Translations under genes and position numbers: made by a program
Notes under the pieces: generated by a model
Database searches by the model: none
What the model saw: only the letters and a program-made list of their open reading frames with translations
Told to the model about the DNA's origin: nothing
Shown here: positions 33,474 through 44,100 of the stretch, in pieces
Position numbering within the stretch: position 1 is the first letter of the stretch
Layout: each line of letters starts with the position of its first letter
Assembly: GCA_965199855.1 (NCBI GenBank)
Contig: OZ241326.1
Location: 2,528,001-2,592,000, forward strand
DNA: 64,000 nt
Source of the DNA: a bacterium
GTDB taxonomy: Bacteria; UBA8248
Direction of reading: 5' to 3'

Positions 33474-35383
33474 GGGCCGCTCGCCCCGCAGGCGCTTTTC
33501 TCCGCTTCTTCGGCGAGCGCGCCCTCTCCCCCGAGTTTTTCCCGCAAGGCGCTCACGATTCCGGGCGTGACGCCCTCCACCTCGAGGAGCGCCGCGTCGC
33601 TCGCCTCCAGCACCCCCCGCAGGCTTCCGAAAGCCCGCAGAAGCGCGCGCCTGCGCTTCGGGCCCAGCCCGGGCACGTCGTCGAGGCCGCTTCTGATGAC
33701 GGTCCGCCTGCGGCGCGCGCGGTGAAACGTCAGGACGAAGCGGTGCGCCTCGTCGCGAATCCTCTGAAGCATGAGCTTCGCCGCGCTCCCCTCCGCCAGC
33801 TGAACGGGGTCGGCGCGCCCGGGCAGGAAGATGACGTCCCGCGCTTCGGGGTTCTCGGCGCTTCTGCCCTTCGCAATCGCGCACAGCGCCACGTCCGCCG
33901 CGCCGAGCTCCTCGAGCGCCGAGGCGGCCGCGGAGAGCTGCCCCCGTCCCCCGTCGATCAGCAGCAGGTCGGGCATCTCGCCCCCCTCGTTCACCAGACG
34001 CTCCAGGCGCCTGAAAACGATCTCGCGCATGGCGGAGCAGTCGTCGGGCGACCCCGCCGCGCTCCTGATCTTGTAGCGGCGGTAGCCGTCCTTGAGCGGG
34101 CGCCCCTCCTGGAACATGACGCTGGCGCCGACGACGTGGCTGCCCTGGAGGTTCGACACGTCGAACGCCTCGATCCGCGCCGGCAGCTCCTCGAGCGCCA
34201 GCGCCCGGCGAATCTCATCGAGCGTCCTCTGCTCCTTCGCCGCCAGGACGCCTTCGCGCTCCTGGGCGCGCGCCGCGTTCTCGCTCGCCATCTCGACCAG
34301 GCGGCGCTTGTCCCCCCGGCGCGGATGAAAAACGGACACCTTCCTGCCCCGCCTCTCCGACAGCCACCGCGCGATGAGCGGGGCGTCCTCCACGGCGGAC
34401 GGCAAAAGCACCTCGTCGGGAAAAAACGTCTTGTCGCCGTAATACTGCTTCACGAACGCGGAGACGACCTCGCCGTCGGGAACGCCTTCGCGGGCGGCGA
34501 CCTGAAATCCCTGGTCGCCCAGCAGCCTCCCTCCCCGGATGAAAAACAGCCGAAACGCCGCCTTCCCCCCCTCCCGGCGGCAGCCGAGCGCGTCCTGGTC
34601 GCCCCCCTTCACGGACAGCATGGTCTGCCGCTCGGTGACGTGCTCGATTCCCCGAATCTGATCCCGCACCCTGGCGGCGGCTTCATACTCCAGGAGCCGG
34701 GAATGCTCCTCCATCTGCCCTTTGAGCCTTCGCGCCAGCTCCCGGTTCTTCCCCTTGAGAAAATCGAGGGCGTCGCCGACGCCCGTCCGATACGCCTCCC
34801 GGCTCTGAAGGTCGTCGCAGGGCCCCAGGCACTGGCCCATCTGGAAATAGATGCACCGCTTCGCCGTCTTGTCCTCGACGCCGCCCGCGCAGGGCCTGAT
34901 GTGAAACGTTTTCTGCAGAAAGCGAATGGTGCGCCTGAGGCCGCTCGCCGAGGGGAAGGGGCCCATGTAGGAATGGCCGTCTCCCGCGGGGCGGCGCACG
35001 ACGCTCAGGCGCGGATAGTCCTCGCCCGTGCTGAGCTTCAGGTAGGGGAAATGCTTGTCGTCGCGCAGCAGCACGTTGTGGCGGGGCTTGTGCTTCTTCA
35101 CGTAATTGCTTTCGAGGATGAGCGCCTCGACTTCATTGGCCGTCACGACGTGCTCGACCGTGGACAGCTCCTCCAGCATCTTCTGAATCCAGGGGCCCCG
35201 CCCGCTTCGCCCGGAGAAGTAGCTGCGCACCCGGCTCCTCAGGCGCAGCGCCTTGCCGACGTAGAGGACGGCTCCCGTCCGGCTCCTGAAGACGTAGATG
35301 CCCGGCTTCTCCGGCAAAGACTTCAGAAACGCGCGGTCCTCCCCCACGGGGATCGGGCCGGCGGAAAGCAGGGCATCGCTCAC
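33470..35383 (-). CDS. uvrC: Excinuclease ABC subunit C
   Basis: GIY-YIG region (PGIY, LYVGKA), RIEAFDVSN, LIDGGRGQ, RDEAHRF and HhH. Confidence 0.97.
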   Translation of the reverse strand: MSDALLSAGPIPVGEDRAFLKSLPEKPGIYVFRSRTGAVLYVGKALRLRSRVRSYFSGRSGRGPWIQKMLEELSTVEHVVTANEVEALILESNYVKKHKPRHNVLLRDDKHFPYLKLSTGEDYPRLSVVRRPAGDGHSYMGPFPSASGLRRTIRFLQKTFHIRPCAGGVEDKTAKRCIYFQMGQCLGPCDDLQSREAYRTGVGDALDFLKGKNRELARRLKGQMEEHSRLLEYEAAARVRDQIRGIEHVTERQTMLSVKGGDQDALGCRREGGKAAFRLFFIRGGRLLGDQGFQVAAREGVPDGEVVSAFVKQYYGDKTFFPDEVLLPSAVEDAPLIARWLSERRGRKVSVFHPRRGDKRRLVEMASENAARAQEREGVLAAKEQRTLDEIRRALALEELPARIEAFDVSNLQGSHVVGASVMFQEGRPLKDGYRRYKIRSAAGSPDDCSAMREIVFRRLERLVNEGGEMPDLLLIDGGRGQLSAAASALEELGAADVALCAIAKGRSAENPEARDVIFLPGRADPVQLAEGSAAKLMLQRIRDEAHRFVLTFHRARRRRTVIRSGLDDVPGLGPKRRRALLRAFGSLRGVLEASDAALLEVEGVTPGIVSALREKLGGEGALAEEAEKSACGASGP

Positions 35384-37389
35384 GTCGCGGCCTTGACCGT
35401 CTTGAGGCCGAGCTGGCGGCGCTCGATGGCGAGAATCCGGTCGCGTATCCCGGCCGCCTTCTCGAATTCGAGCCTCTGCGCCGCCTCGCGCATCCGGGCG
35501 CGAAGCTCCTCCAGGGCCGATGCGTCCGTCTCCGAAAGCGGGGGCGGCTCCGCGTCCTCCGGGCCGAGCAGCGCGTCGAAATCCGGATCGGCGGAGGCTT
35601 CGAGAAGATCGTCCATCCTGCGGCTGATGGAGCGGGGGACGATTCCGTTCGCCTCGTTGTAGGCGAGCTGCGCGCTCCTTCTTCTGCCCATCTCGTCGAG
35701 GGCGCGGCGCATGCTGTCGGTGACGCGATCCGCATACATGATGACGCGGCCGTTGACGTGTCTGGCCGCGCGGCCCGAGGTCTGAATCAGGGAGGTGTCC
35801 GAGCGCAGGAACCCCTCCTTGTCCGCGTCGAATACGGCCACCAGGGCGACTTCGGGCAAATCCAGTCCCTCGCGCAACAGGTTGATGCCGATCAGCGCGT
35901 CGAACGCGCCCGAGCGCAGATCGCGGATGATCCGCACCCGCTCGAGGGCGTCGATGTCGCTGTGCATATACCGGACCCGGACGCCCAGCTCCTCGTAGTA
36001 TTCCGTCAAATCCTCGGAAAACCTCTTCGTCAGCGTGGTGACGAGCGCCCGATCTCCCGCCGCCGCCGCCCGGCGCACCTCGGCCAGCAGGTCGTCCACC
36101 TGCCCCTGCACGGGCCGCACCTCCACCGGGGGATCGACCAGCCCGGTCGGCCTGAGCAGCTGCTCCACGACGACGCCCTCGCTTTTCTCGAGTTCGTAGG
36201 GGCCGGGGGTCGCCGAGACGTAGAGCGCGCTCCCCAGATTCGCCTCGAACTCCTCGAAGCGAAGCGGGCGGTTGTCCAGCGCCGAGGGCAGCCGGAAGCC
36301 GTAAGCCACCAGGTTCTCCTTGCGCGAGCGGTCTCCGCGATACATTCCCCGCAGCTGGGGGATGCTCTGGTGGCTCTCGTCTATCACCACCAGATGGTCG
36401 CGGGAGAAATAGGAGAACAGGGTCGCGGGCGGCTCGCCCCGCAGGCGCCCGTCAAGGTGGAGGCTGTAGTTCTCCACCCCGTGGCAGTAGCCGACTTCCC
36501 GGAGCATTTCGATATCCTGAAGGGTTCGCTGCTGAAGACGCTGGGCTTCATGGAGCTTGCCCCGCGCGCTCAGCTCCGCCGTCTGCTCCTCCAATTCCTT
36601 CTGGATGCCCTCGATGGCGGAGGAGAGCCTCTCCTCGGGCGTGATGTAGTGGCTGTTGGGGTAGAGCTCCGCCCGGTCGAGCTTTCTCGAAACGACTCCC
36701 CGCACCGGGTCGATTTCCGCGATGCCGTCGATCTCCTCCCCGAAAAACTCCACGCGAATCGCCTGCTCCTCCTCGTGGGCGGGCAGAATTTCGACGACGT
36801 CTCCGCGCGCGCGGAAGGAGGCGCGGCGCAGGCCCGCGTCCGAGCGGCGATACTGGATCCTCACCAGCTGCGCGAGCAGCTCCTCCCTGTCCATCTCCAT
36901 GCCGACGGAAATGTCGATGTGCAGATCGAAGTAGTCGGCCGGCGAGCCCAGCCCGTAGATGGAGCTCACGCTCGCCACGACGATGACGTCCTCGCGCATC
37001 AGGGCGGAGCGCGTCGCTGCGTGGCGCAGGCAGTCCAGCTCGTCGTTGATGGAGGCGTCCTTCTCGATGAACGTATCCGTCGTGGGCACGTAGGCTTCCG
37101 GCTGATAGTAGTCGTAGTAGCTGACGAAATACTCCACCGCGTTGTTCGGAAAAAATCCCTTGAACTCGTTGTAAAGCTGCGCGGCCAGGGTCTTGTTGTG
37201 GGCGATGACGAGCGTGGGCTTTCCGATCTTCTCGATGACGTTCGCCACCGTGAACGTTTTGCCGGAGCCGGTGACGCCCAGGAGAACCTGGTGGCTCCGG
37301 CCCTCCCGGAACTGCCGGACGAGGGCGTCGATCGCTTCGGGCTGATCGCCCGTGGGAGAGAATTTCGAGTGAAGCTCGAAGCTGCTCAT
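35380..37389 (-). CDS. uvrB: Excinuclease ABC subunit B
   Basis: LGVTGSGKT, YDYYQPEAY, IDESH and C-terminal UVR domain. Confidence 0.97.
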   Translation of the reverse strand: MSSFELHSKFSPTGDQPEAIDALVRQFREGRSHQVLLGVTGSGKTFTVANVIEKIGKPTLVIAHNKTLAAQLYNEFKGFFPNNAVEYFVSYYDYYQPEAYVPTTDTFIEKDASINDELDCLRHAATRSALMREDVIVVASVSSIYGLGSPADYFDLHIDISVGMEMDREELLAQLVRIQYRRSDAGLRRASFRARGDVVEILPAHEEEQAIRVEFFGEEIDGIAEIDPVRGVVSRKLDRAELYPNSHYITPEERLSSAIEGIQKELEEQTAELSARGKLHEAQRLQQRTLQDIEMLREVGYCHGVENYSLHLDGRLRGEPPATLFSYFSRDHLVVIDESHQSIPQLRGMYRGDRSRKENLVAYGFRLPSALDNRPLRFEEFEANLGSALYVSATPGPYELEKSEGVVVEQLLRPTGLVDPPVEVRPVQGQVDDLLAEVRRAAAAGDRALVTTLTKRFSEDLTEYYEELGVRVRYMHSDIDALERVRIIRDLRSGAFDALIGINLLREGLDLPEVALVAVFDADKEGFLRSDTSLIQTSGRAARHVNGRVIMYADRVTDSMRRALDEMGRRRSAQLAYNEANGIVPRSISRRMDDLLEASADPDFDALLGPEDAEPPPLSETDASALEELRARMREAAQRLEFEKAAGIRDRILAIERRQLGLKTVKAAT

Positions 37390-37662
37390 GGCGACCGGCT
37401 GCCTCCGCCTGGACGGCCCGAAAAACAAGCGGACGAGAGTCTAGCGAATAAGGAGGGCCGGAGAAACCCCGCGGCTCAGGCGAGCCGGGCGGGGGCGAGG
37501 GATTTGTCCCACGCGCGGCGCGGGGAAGGCGGCGGCTCAGCGGACGCGGCGCGAGCGGCCCCGGCCTCCGGGGCCGCGCCCGCAGCTCCGGGCCCGCCTC
37601 CTCGGGCGCGCGGTCTCCTTTTTTCGCGTTGCGTTTCCGGCAGCTGCAGACCGCGTCCCCCC

Positions 37663-37743
37663 TTTATGTTGGCCCCGTCCGCGCCTGTCAACGCGCGGGC
37701 GCCTTCCGCCGGCATTGCGAAAGCGGGCACCCGAAGCTATAAT
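37663..37743. promoter_or_regulatory. Back-to-back sigma70-type promoters (uvrB leftward, PBP1A rightward)
   Basis: Plus strand: TTGCGA(37715)-17 nt-TATAAT(37738). Minus strand: TTGACA(37691)-17 nt-CATAAA(37668). Confidence 0.65.
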
Positions 37744-37804
37744 CGGGCCGCTTCGCCGGACGCGAGACGCCGCCGCGCGCCGCCATCCCAAAGAGGACCC
37801 TTCG

Positions 37805-40027
37805 TTGCTACCCCGTTCCCGACGCGGAAAAGCGGCCATCCTGACGCTGGGCGTTCTCGCCGTCGTCTGCGGAGCGGGCGTCGGCGCGGGCTTCAGCTAT
37901 CTATACGATTTTCCCGAAATCGAACGTCTGCGGAACTACCGGCCCAGCGCCATCACGCGCATCTACGCCGGCGGGGGCGAACTGCTCGCGGAACTGTATG
38001 AGGAAAGAAGGAAGCCCATCCCCCTGGGCCGGATTCCCGCCGCGCTGCGCCAGGCGTTTCTCGCCGTCGAGGACAGCCGCTTCTACGATCACCCCGGCGT
38101 CAGCTACCCGGACATCATTCGGGCGTTCGTCAAGAACCTGCGGGCGGGCGACTTCGTGCAGGGGGGGAGCACCATCACCCAGCAGCTGGCGAAAGTCCTC
38201 TTCCTGACGCCGGAGAGAACGCTCAGGCGGAAAATCCGGGAGGCGCTTCTCGCCCTCGAAATCGAGCAGCGCTTCACGAAGGACGAGATTCTCGAGTTCT
38301 ACCTGAACCAGATCTACCTCGGCGGCGGGGCGCACGGCGTGCAGGCGGCCGCCCAAATCTACTTCGGCAAGACCGTCGCCCGGCTCACCCTGGCGGAATC
38401 CGCCATGATCGCCGCGCTGCCCAAGGCGCCCGCGCGCTTCAACCCGAGAATCCATCCGGAGAGGGCGCTGGGCCGCCGGAACCTGGTCATCAGGAGAATG
38501 CGGGAGGCCGGCTTCATCACCGCCGAGCAGGAGCGGACCGCCCGCGAGGAGCCGATTCGGCTCGCCGCCCGCGCGGCCAATCTCGCGCCCGAAGCCGCCT
38601 ATTTCGTCGAGAGGACGCGCATCGGCCTCAGCCGCAGGTTCGGGAGGTCCCTCTACAGGAGCGGCCTCCAGATTCATACGACCATCGACGCGGATCTGCA
38701 GAAAATCATCCATCGGGCGCTCGTCGGCGGAATCGAAAAGATAAACCGGGCGCGCGGATTCAGGGCGCCCGGAGAGGAGGCGGGGAGGCCGCCGCGCCTG
38801 GGGGACGGGTTTCAGTTTCGCGCCATAGACGTCGCGGGAAGCGCGGCGCGCGGCCTCATCGGAGACCACGAAGCCGAGATGGCGCTTCCCGACCGCATCG
38901 AACCCCAAAGGCTCCGGGAGGGAGACCTCCTCCTGGGGCGCGTGATCCGGGTGGACGGCGCGCGGAAGAAGCTCTTTCTGGAATGGCAGCCGACCGTCCA
39001 GGGCGCCGTCGTCGCGTTCGACCCCGGGACGGGAGCGCTCCGCGCCCTGACGGGCGGCGTCGACTTCCGCCGCTTCCCGTTCAACCGCGCCACCCAGGCG
39101 CGCCGCCAGCCCGGCTCGGCCTTCAAGCCCGTCATCATCGGAACGGCGCTCTCCCAGGGCTACACGCCCGCCCACATTCTCATGGACACCCCCTTCGTCC
39201 GCCGGATGCCCGGCACGCTCCGGGAATGGAAGCCCAGAAACTACACCGACAGGTTCTACGGCCCCGTCACGATGCGCAGGGCGCTGGAGGCGTCCCTGAA
39301 CCTCGCCACCATCAAGCTGCTGGATCAGCTCGGCCCGCGGAAGGCGATCACCTTCGCGCGCCGGATCGGCATCCGCTCGAACATGCGCCCCTACCTCTCG
39401 CTCGCCCTCGGCTCGATCGAGGTGACGCCCTACCAGTTCACGGCCTCGTACATCCCCTTCGCCGCGGGGGGCGTATACGCGCGGCCCTACGAAATCACGA
39501 AGGTCACGGACGGAAGCGGCCGCGTCCTGGAGGAGAACGTGCCCATGGCGCACCGCGCCATCCGGCCCGAGGCGGCGTATCAGGTGAAAATGATGCTGCG
39601 GGGCGTCATCGAGAACGGAACCGGGAAAAAGGCCGGGGAGCTCGCCGCCTTTCTCGCCGGAAAAACGGGGACGACGAACGAGTATCGGGACGCCTGGTTC
39701 ATCGGGTTCTCGGAGGATCTCGTCGTGGGCGTCTGGGTCGGCCGCGACGACAACAAGCACATGGGCTACAAGGCTTCGGGAGGCGCCGCCGCCCTGCCCA
39801 TCTGGATCGACGTGATGAAGGGCTGGCTCGCGGGCAGGGACGCGGACGCCCGCCCGCCCGATCCGCCGCCGGGCGTCACCCTGGTGGAGGTGGATTCGCG
39901 CTCCGGGCGCCTGCCCTCGGCCTGGTGCGAGGGAAAGCCGATACTCGAGGCCTTCGTGGCGGGAACGGAGCCCTCCGAGCCCTGTCCTGAAAAATCGAGC
40001 CTGCCGGGACTGCTGGGCGGCGGCTGA
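37805..40027 (+). CDS. mrcA: Class A penicillin-binding protein 1A
   Basis: EDSRFYDHPG, QGGSTITQQL, GSAFKP, SLN and GKTGT. The track start at 37715 coincides with the -35 box, so TTG at 37805 after GAGG is preferred. Confidence 0.92.
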   Translation: MLPRSRRGKAAILTLGVLAVVCGAGVGAGFSYLYDFPEIERLRNYRPSAITRIYAGGGELLAELYEERRKPIPLGRIPAALRQAFLAVEDSRFYDHPGVSYPDIIRAFVKNLRAGDFVQGGSTITQQLAKVLFLTPERTLRRKIREALLALEIEQRFTKDEILEFYLNQIYLGGGAHGVQAAAQIYFGKTVARLTLAESAMIAALPKAPARFNPRIHPERALGRRNLVIRRMREAGFITAEQERTAREEPIRLAARAANLAPEAAYFVERTRIGLSRRFGRSLYRSGLQIHTTIDADLQKIIHRALVGGIEKINRARGFRAPGEEAGRPPRLGDGFQFRAIDVAGSAARGLIGDHEAEMALPDRIEPQRLREGDLLLGRVIRVDGARKKLFLEWQPTVQGAVVAFDPGTGALRALTGGVDFRRFPFNRATQARRQPGSAFKPVIIGTALSQGYTPAHILMDTPFVRRMPGTLREWKPRNYTDRFYGPVTMRRALEASLNLATIKLLDQLGPRKAITFARRIGIRSNMRPYLSLALGSIEVTPYQFTASYIPFAAGGVYARPYEITKVTDGSGRVLEENVPMAHRAIRPEAAYQVKMMLRGVIENGTGKKAGELAAFLAGKTGTTNEYRDAWFIGFSEDLVVGVWVGRDDNKHMGYKASGGAAALPIWIDVMKGWLAGRDADARPPDPPPGVTLVEVDSRSGRLPSAWCEGKPILEAFVAGTEPSEPCPEKSSLPGLLGGG

Positions 40028-40029
40028 GC

Positions 40030-41001
40030 CTATTCGCCCTCCGGTTCCCGTTCGCCGAAAATCGCTTCGAGAAAAGCGTCCGCGTCGAAGTCGAGAAGGT
40101 CCTCCGCCGCTTCTCCCACGCCGACGTATCGCATCGGGATGCCGCTCTCGTAGGCGGCGCCCAGCGCCACGCCGCCCCTGGCCGTTCCATCCAGCTTGGC
40201 GAGGACGAGGCCCGTCACGCCCATCGCCGGGCCGAACTCCCGCACTTGCGAGAGGACGTTCTGCCCCGCCGCCGCGTCCAGGACGAGCAGCGCCTCGTGG
40301 GGCGCCCCCTCGATGAGCCGCCCCGCCACGCGCCCGAGCTTTTTCAGCTCCTCCATGAGATTCTTCTTCGCGTGCAGGCGCCCCGCCGTATCCACGAGCA
40401 GCGCGTCGGCACCGCGCGCCCGCGCCGCCCGGGCGGCGTCGTGCACCACGGCGGAGGAATCCGCGCCCTCCTGATGGCGGACGATCCCGCAGCCGCTCCG
40501 CTCCGCCCACGCCGCCAGCTGCTCGCCGGCCGCGGCGCGGAACGTATCCCCCGCCGCGAGCATGACCTTCTGCCCCCGAGCCGCGAGGCGCGAGGCGAGC
40601 TTTCCCGCCGTCGTCGTCTTGCCCGCGCCGTTGACCCCCACGAAAAAAACAACCCGGGGCGCGCCCTCGGGGGGCGTCCGCGGCGCGAACGGGGGCGGGC
40701 GCGAGGGATTCTCGAGGCATGAGCGCATGATCTCCTTCAGGCGCGCCCGCGCGTCCGCCCCGGCGCCCTCCCCCGCCTTGAGCCTCTCCATGAGCGTCCC
40801 GACGAGAGCGGGACCCAAATCCGCCATATAGAGCGCCTCTTCCAGCTCCTCGAGCGTCCCCTCGTCAAGGCTTCCGCCAAGCAGGCCGCTCACCCTGGAG
40901 AGGAAGCCTCCGCGCGTCCTCGCCAGCCCCCCGCGCAGGCGGCCGAACCAGCCCGCCCCGCCGGCCGCTTTCCCCGGTTTTTTTTCGGAATCAGGCGTCA
41001 A
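40030..41001 (-). CDS. ftsY: SRP receptor FtsY (NG domain only)
   Basis: GVNGAGKTT, DTFRAAA, DTAGRL and KLDGTARGG. Confidence 0.95.
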   Translation of the reverse strand: MTPDSEKKPGKAAGGAGWFGRLRGGLARTRGGFLSRVSGLLGGSLDEGTLEELEEALYMADLGPALVGTLMERLKAGEGAGADARARLKEIMRSCLENPSRPPPFAPRTPPEGAPRVVFFVGVNGAGKTTTAGKLASRLAARGQKVMLAAGDTFRAAAGEQLAAWAERSGCGIVRHQEGADSSAVVHDAARAARARGADALLVDTAGRLHAKKNLMEELKKLGRVAGRLIEGAPHEALLVLDAAAGQNVLSQVREFGPAMGVTGLVLAKLDGTARGGVALGAAYESGIPMRYVGVGEAAEDLLDFDADAFLEAIFGEREPEGE

Positions 41002-41034
41002 GGAGACGTCCCCCGGCCTCCGGCGCGCGCCGTG

Positions 41035-41070
41035 AAAAAACCGGCCCCGACGCCAGGGGCGCCGGGGCCG
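41035..41070 (-). terminator. Intrinsic terminator downstream of smc
   Basis: Minus strand hairpin CGGCCCCGGCGCC-CCT-GGCGTCGGGGCCG followed by a T6 run. Confidence 0.7.
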
Positions 41071-41106
41071 CGCGCGGCGAAATTTTCTCCGAACGGCAGG
41101 GCGGCG

Positions 41107-44100
41107 CTACGCCCGCGCTTCCAGCGCCGCTTCCTCCACGCCGTTCAAGCTCTCGTCTTCGCGGTTCAGCCGGACGGAAACGATTTCGGAAACGCCCTTT
41201 TCCCGCTGCGTTACCCCGTAGAGCTGATCCGCGCAGGACATGGTCTTCTTGTTGTGGGTGATGATGATGAACTGGCTGCGATCCTCCAGTTCGGCGAGCA
41301 CCTCCCGGAAGCGCCCGACATTGGCGTCGTCGAGGGTGGCGTCCACCTCGTCGAGAATGCAGAACGGACTCGGCCGGACGCTGAACACCGCGAACAGCAG
41401 GGAAAGCGCGGTGAGCGCCTTCTCCCCGGCGGAGAGGAGCATGATGTTCGAGGGGCGCTTGCCCGGCGGCCGCACCTCGATATCGACGCCCGTCTCCAGG
41501 GGGTCGTCCGGATCGAGCAGATACATGCGCGCCTCGCCTCCCTGGAAGAGGCGCCCGAAAATGTCCGAGAAGGCGGCGCCCACCTCCTCGAACGCCGCCA
41601 GGAAGCGCGCCTTCGTCGTCTTGTTGAGCTTCTCGATGGTCGCGTGCAGATCGGCGATGGAGCTTTCCAGGTCCTCCTGCTGCCCCTGCAGAAATGCGTA
41701 TTCCTGGTTGATCTCGTCATACTCTTCCGCGGCCAGGGGATTCACCGCCCCCATGCGGGAAAGCCTTTGCTCCAGCATCGCCAGGCGGCTCGCCGTCTCC
41801 TGATACCGGGGGAGCTCCTCCCGCCGGCCTTCGGCCGTCTCCTCGAGATTGACCCGGTGCTCCGCCTCGGCGGACTTCACCATGTCCTCGCGCCTCACCC
41901 GAAGCGTCGTCCGCCGCTCCGCCGCCGCGCTCACCTCGGCCTGAAGGCCGGACGCTCTCGACTTCATCTCGCGGACCGACTCGCCCAGCTCCTCATCGCG
42001 CGACTGCGCTTTCCGCAGGGCGGCGTGACGCTCGGCCTCCTCGGCCTCCGCCCCGGCTCTCTCCTCCCGAAGAGCGGCGATTTCCTCCCCGCTCGCCGCG
42101 AGGCTCTCCTGAAGATCTTTTCTCTTCTCCTTCGATTCGCGCCGCTCTTCTTCCCTGCGGGCCTTGCGGGCCGCGTTCCGGGATATTCCCTCCTCGAGCC
42201 GCCGCGCCTCGGCGCGGCCGCCCGCCGCCCGCCCGTCGATCTCCGTCAAGGCGACTTTCTTGTCCGTAACCCGCGCCTCCACTTCCGAATACCGCCGGCT
42301 GACGACGCCCGTCTCCCGCTCGATTTCCCGGATGCGCGCGGAGATCTCCAGCGCGCCTTCCTCCAGGCGCAGGCTCTCGTCCCTGGCCGCGCGCGCCTCC
42401 TCCTCAAGCCGCGCCTGATCAGCGCGCGCCCCCTCCCGCGCGGATTCGAGAGCGGCCAGCCGCTCCTCCAGCTCCCCGCGCCTCTCCTCCGCCTGCCGAA
42501 GAGCGCCCCCGGCCTCCACGCGCGCGACCTCCGCGCGCTGGCTCGCCTGAACCGCCCGGCCGCGCCCTTGCTCCGCCCGCGCGAGCCGCTCCTCCAGCTC
42601 CCGGGAGGTCGGGGCCAGCTCAAGAAGGCGAGCCTCGAGGCTCCGCGCCTCCAGGCGCGTCTCCTCGCACCTCCTCGAACGCTCCAGAAAGCCCTCGCCC
42701 CGGGCCAGCCCTCCTTCCGCCGCGCCGTTCGCGTGAATCATCTCGCCGCCCAGGGTCACGCAGGCGACGCCCCGGGGCCCGTTGCACCACGCCGCCTGCG
42801 CGGCGTCGATATCCTCCACCACCACGACGTTCCCGAGGAGCGACCGGACGAGACGGCGGTATTCCGCGCCGCATCGAACGAAATCCGCCGCCGCGCCCAG
42901 GACGCCCTCCCCCAGCGGGACGACGGCGACCGGCGGGTCGCCAACCTCCATCGGCAGCGCCACGCCCCGCCCGGCTTCCGGGCTCATCAGCGCGCGAACC
43001 GCGTCCACCGCGTCGCCCGGCGTCTTCACCACCACGCCCCGCAGCCTGTCGCCGAGGGCCGCCTCGACGGCTTTTTCAAACTTCGGCTCCACGCGAACGA
43101 CGTCGGACAGGGACGCCAGCACCCGCGCGCCGCGCGCCCTGAACGCCTCCGCGTCCGCCTCCGCGCCGGAGCCGAGGACGTCCTCCAGCACCGCGAGCGC
43201 GGACTTCGCCTCCATCAGGGATTCCTTCGTCCCGGCCGCTTCCTCTTCGTGGCGGCGCAGCGCTTCGGACGCTCCGGCGCGTTCGGCCTCCGCCCGCTCG
43301 AGCTCCTCCTTCGCGCGGCCTTCGGACGCCGCCAGCGACTCCGCCCGGCTTCTCGCGCCATTCGCGCCGGATCGGGCCGATTCGAGGCGCTCCCCGACCT
43401 CGGCGGCCTCGGCGGCCATCTTCTCCATGGAGCCGGCCAGCCCCTCGCGCCTCGACTCGGCGGAGGCGATGCGCTGACGCGCCGCGCTCAGGCGCTCCCT
43501 TTCCTCCCCCTGCGCGCGCCGCGCCTCCTCGAGCGTCCGCTCGAGCTCTCCCAGACTCTCGCGGACGGCGGCCAGCTCCGCCGCGCTGACGTCATGCTCC
43601 CGCCGCGCGAGGCCCGACTGCGCGGCGAGCGCCTCCAGCGTCGAGGAGAGCCCGCCCCGCTCGCTCTCCAGCGCCGCGGTTTCGGCGTCCAGCGCCCGGA
43701 TTTCCTCGGCGCGGCGCGCGTCCTCCGCGTCGAGCTCCGAGAGGCGGCTCTCGAGCATCTCGATTCGATTCTCCAGGCGCCGGAGGCCGCCCTCCGCCTC
43801 CACCGAGCGGCGGCGCGACTCCCCCAGCGCCTCCGAGCACTCGGCCAGCAGAATGCGCTCCTTCTCCCTTTCCGCCTCCAGGGAGGATATTCCGGCCAGA
43901 AGCGCCCGCTCCTCCTCCGCCGCGCGGTCATGCGCCCTCTCCGCGGGGGCGAGCTCATCCAGAAGCCTGAGGTAGTCGAGCGCGGCGAGCCTGCGGGAGA
44001 GGTCGGCGATCTCGGTCTGATACTCCCTGTGAAACGCGGCCTTCCTCGCCTGGCGCCGCAGGGAGCGCAGGCGCCCCTCCTTCTCGCGCATGATGTCCGC

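Noticed and set aside
37715-37804. Extended N-terminus of PBP1A given by the ORF track
   Set aside because: It overlaps a well-spaced TTGCGA/TATAAT promoter; a downstream start is more plausible.
37901-40720. 939-aa minus-strand ORF
   Set aside because: Shadow of PBP1A plus an alternative frame of ftsY.
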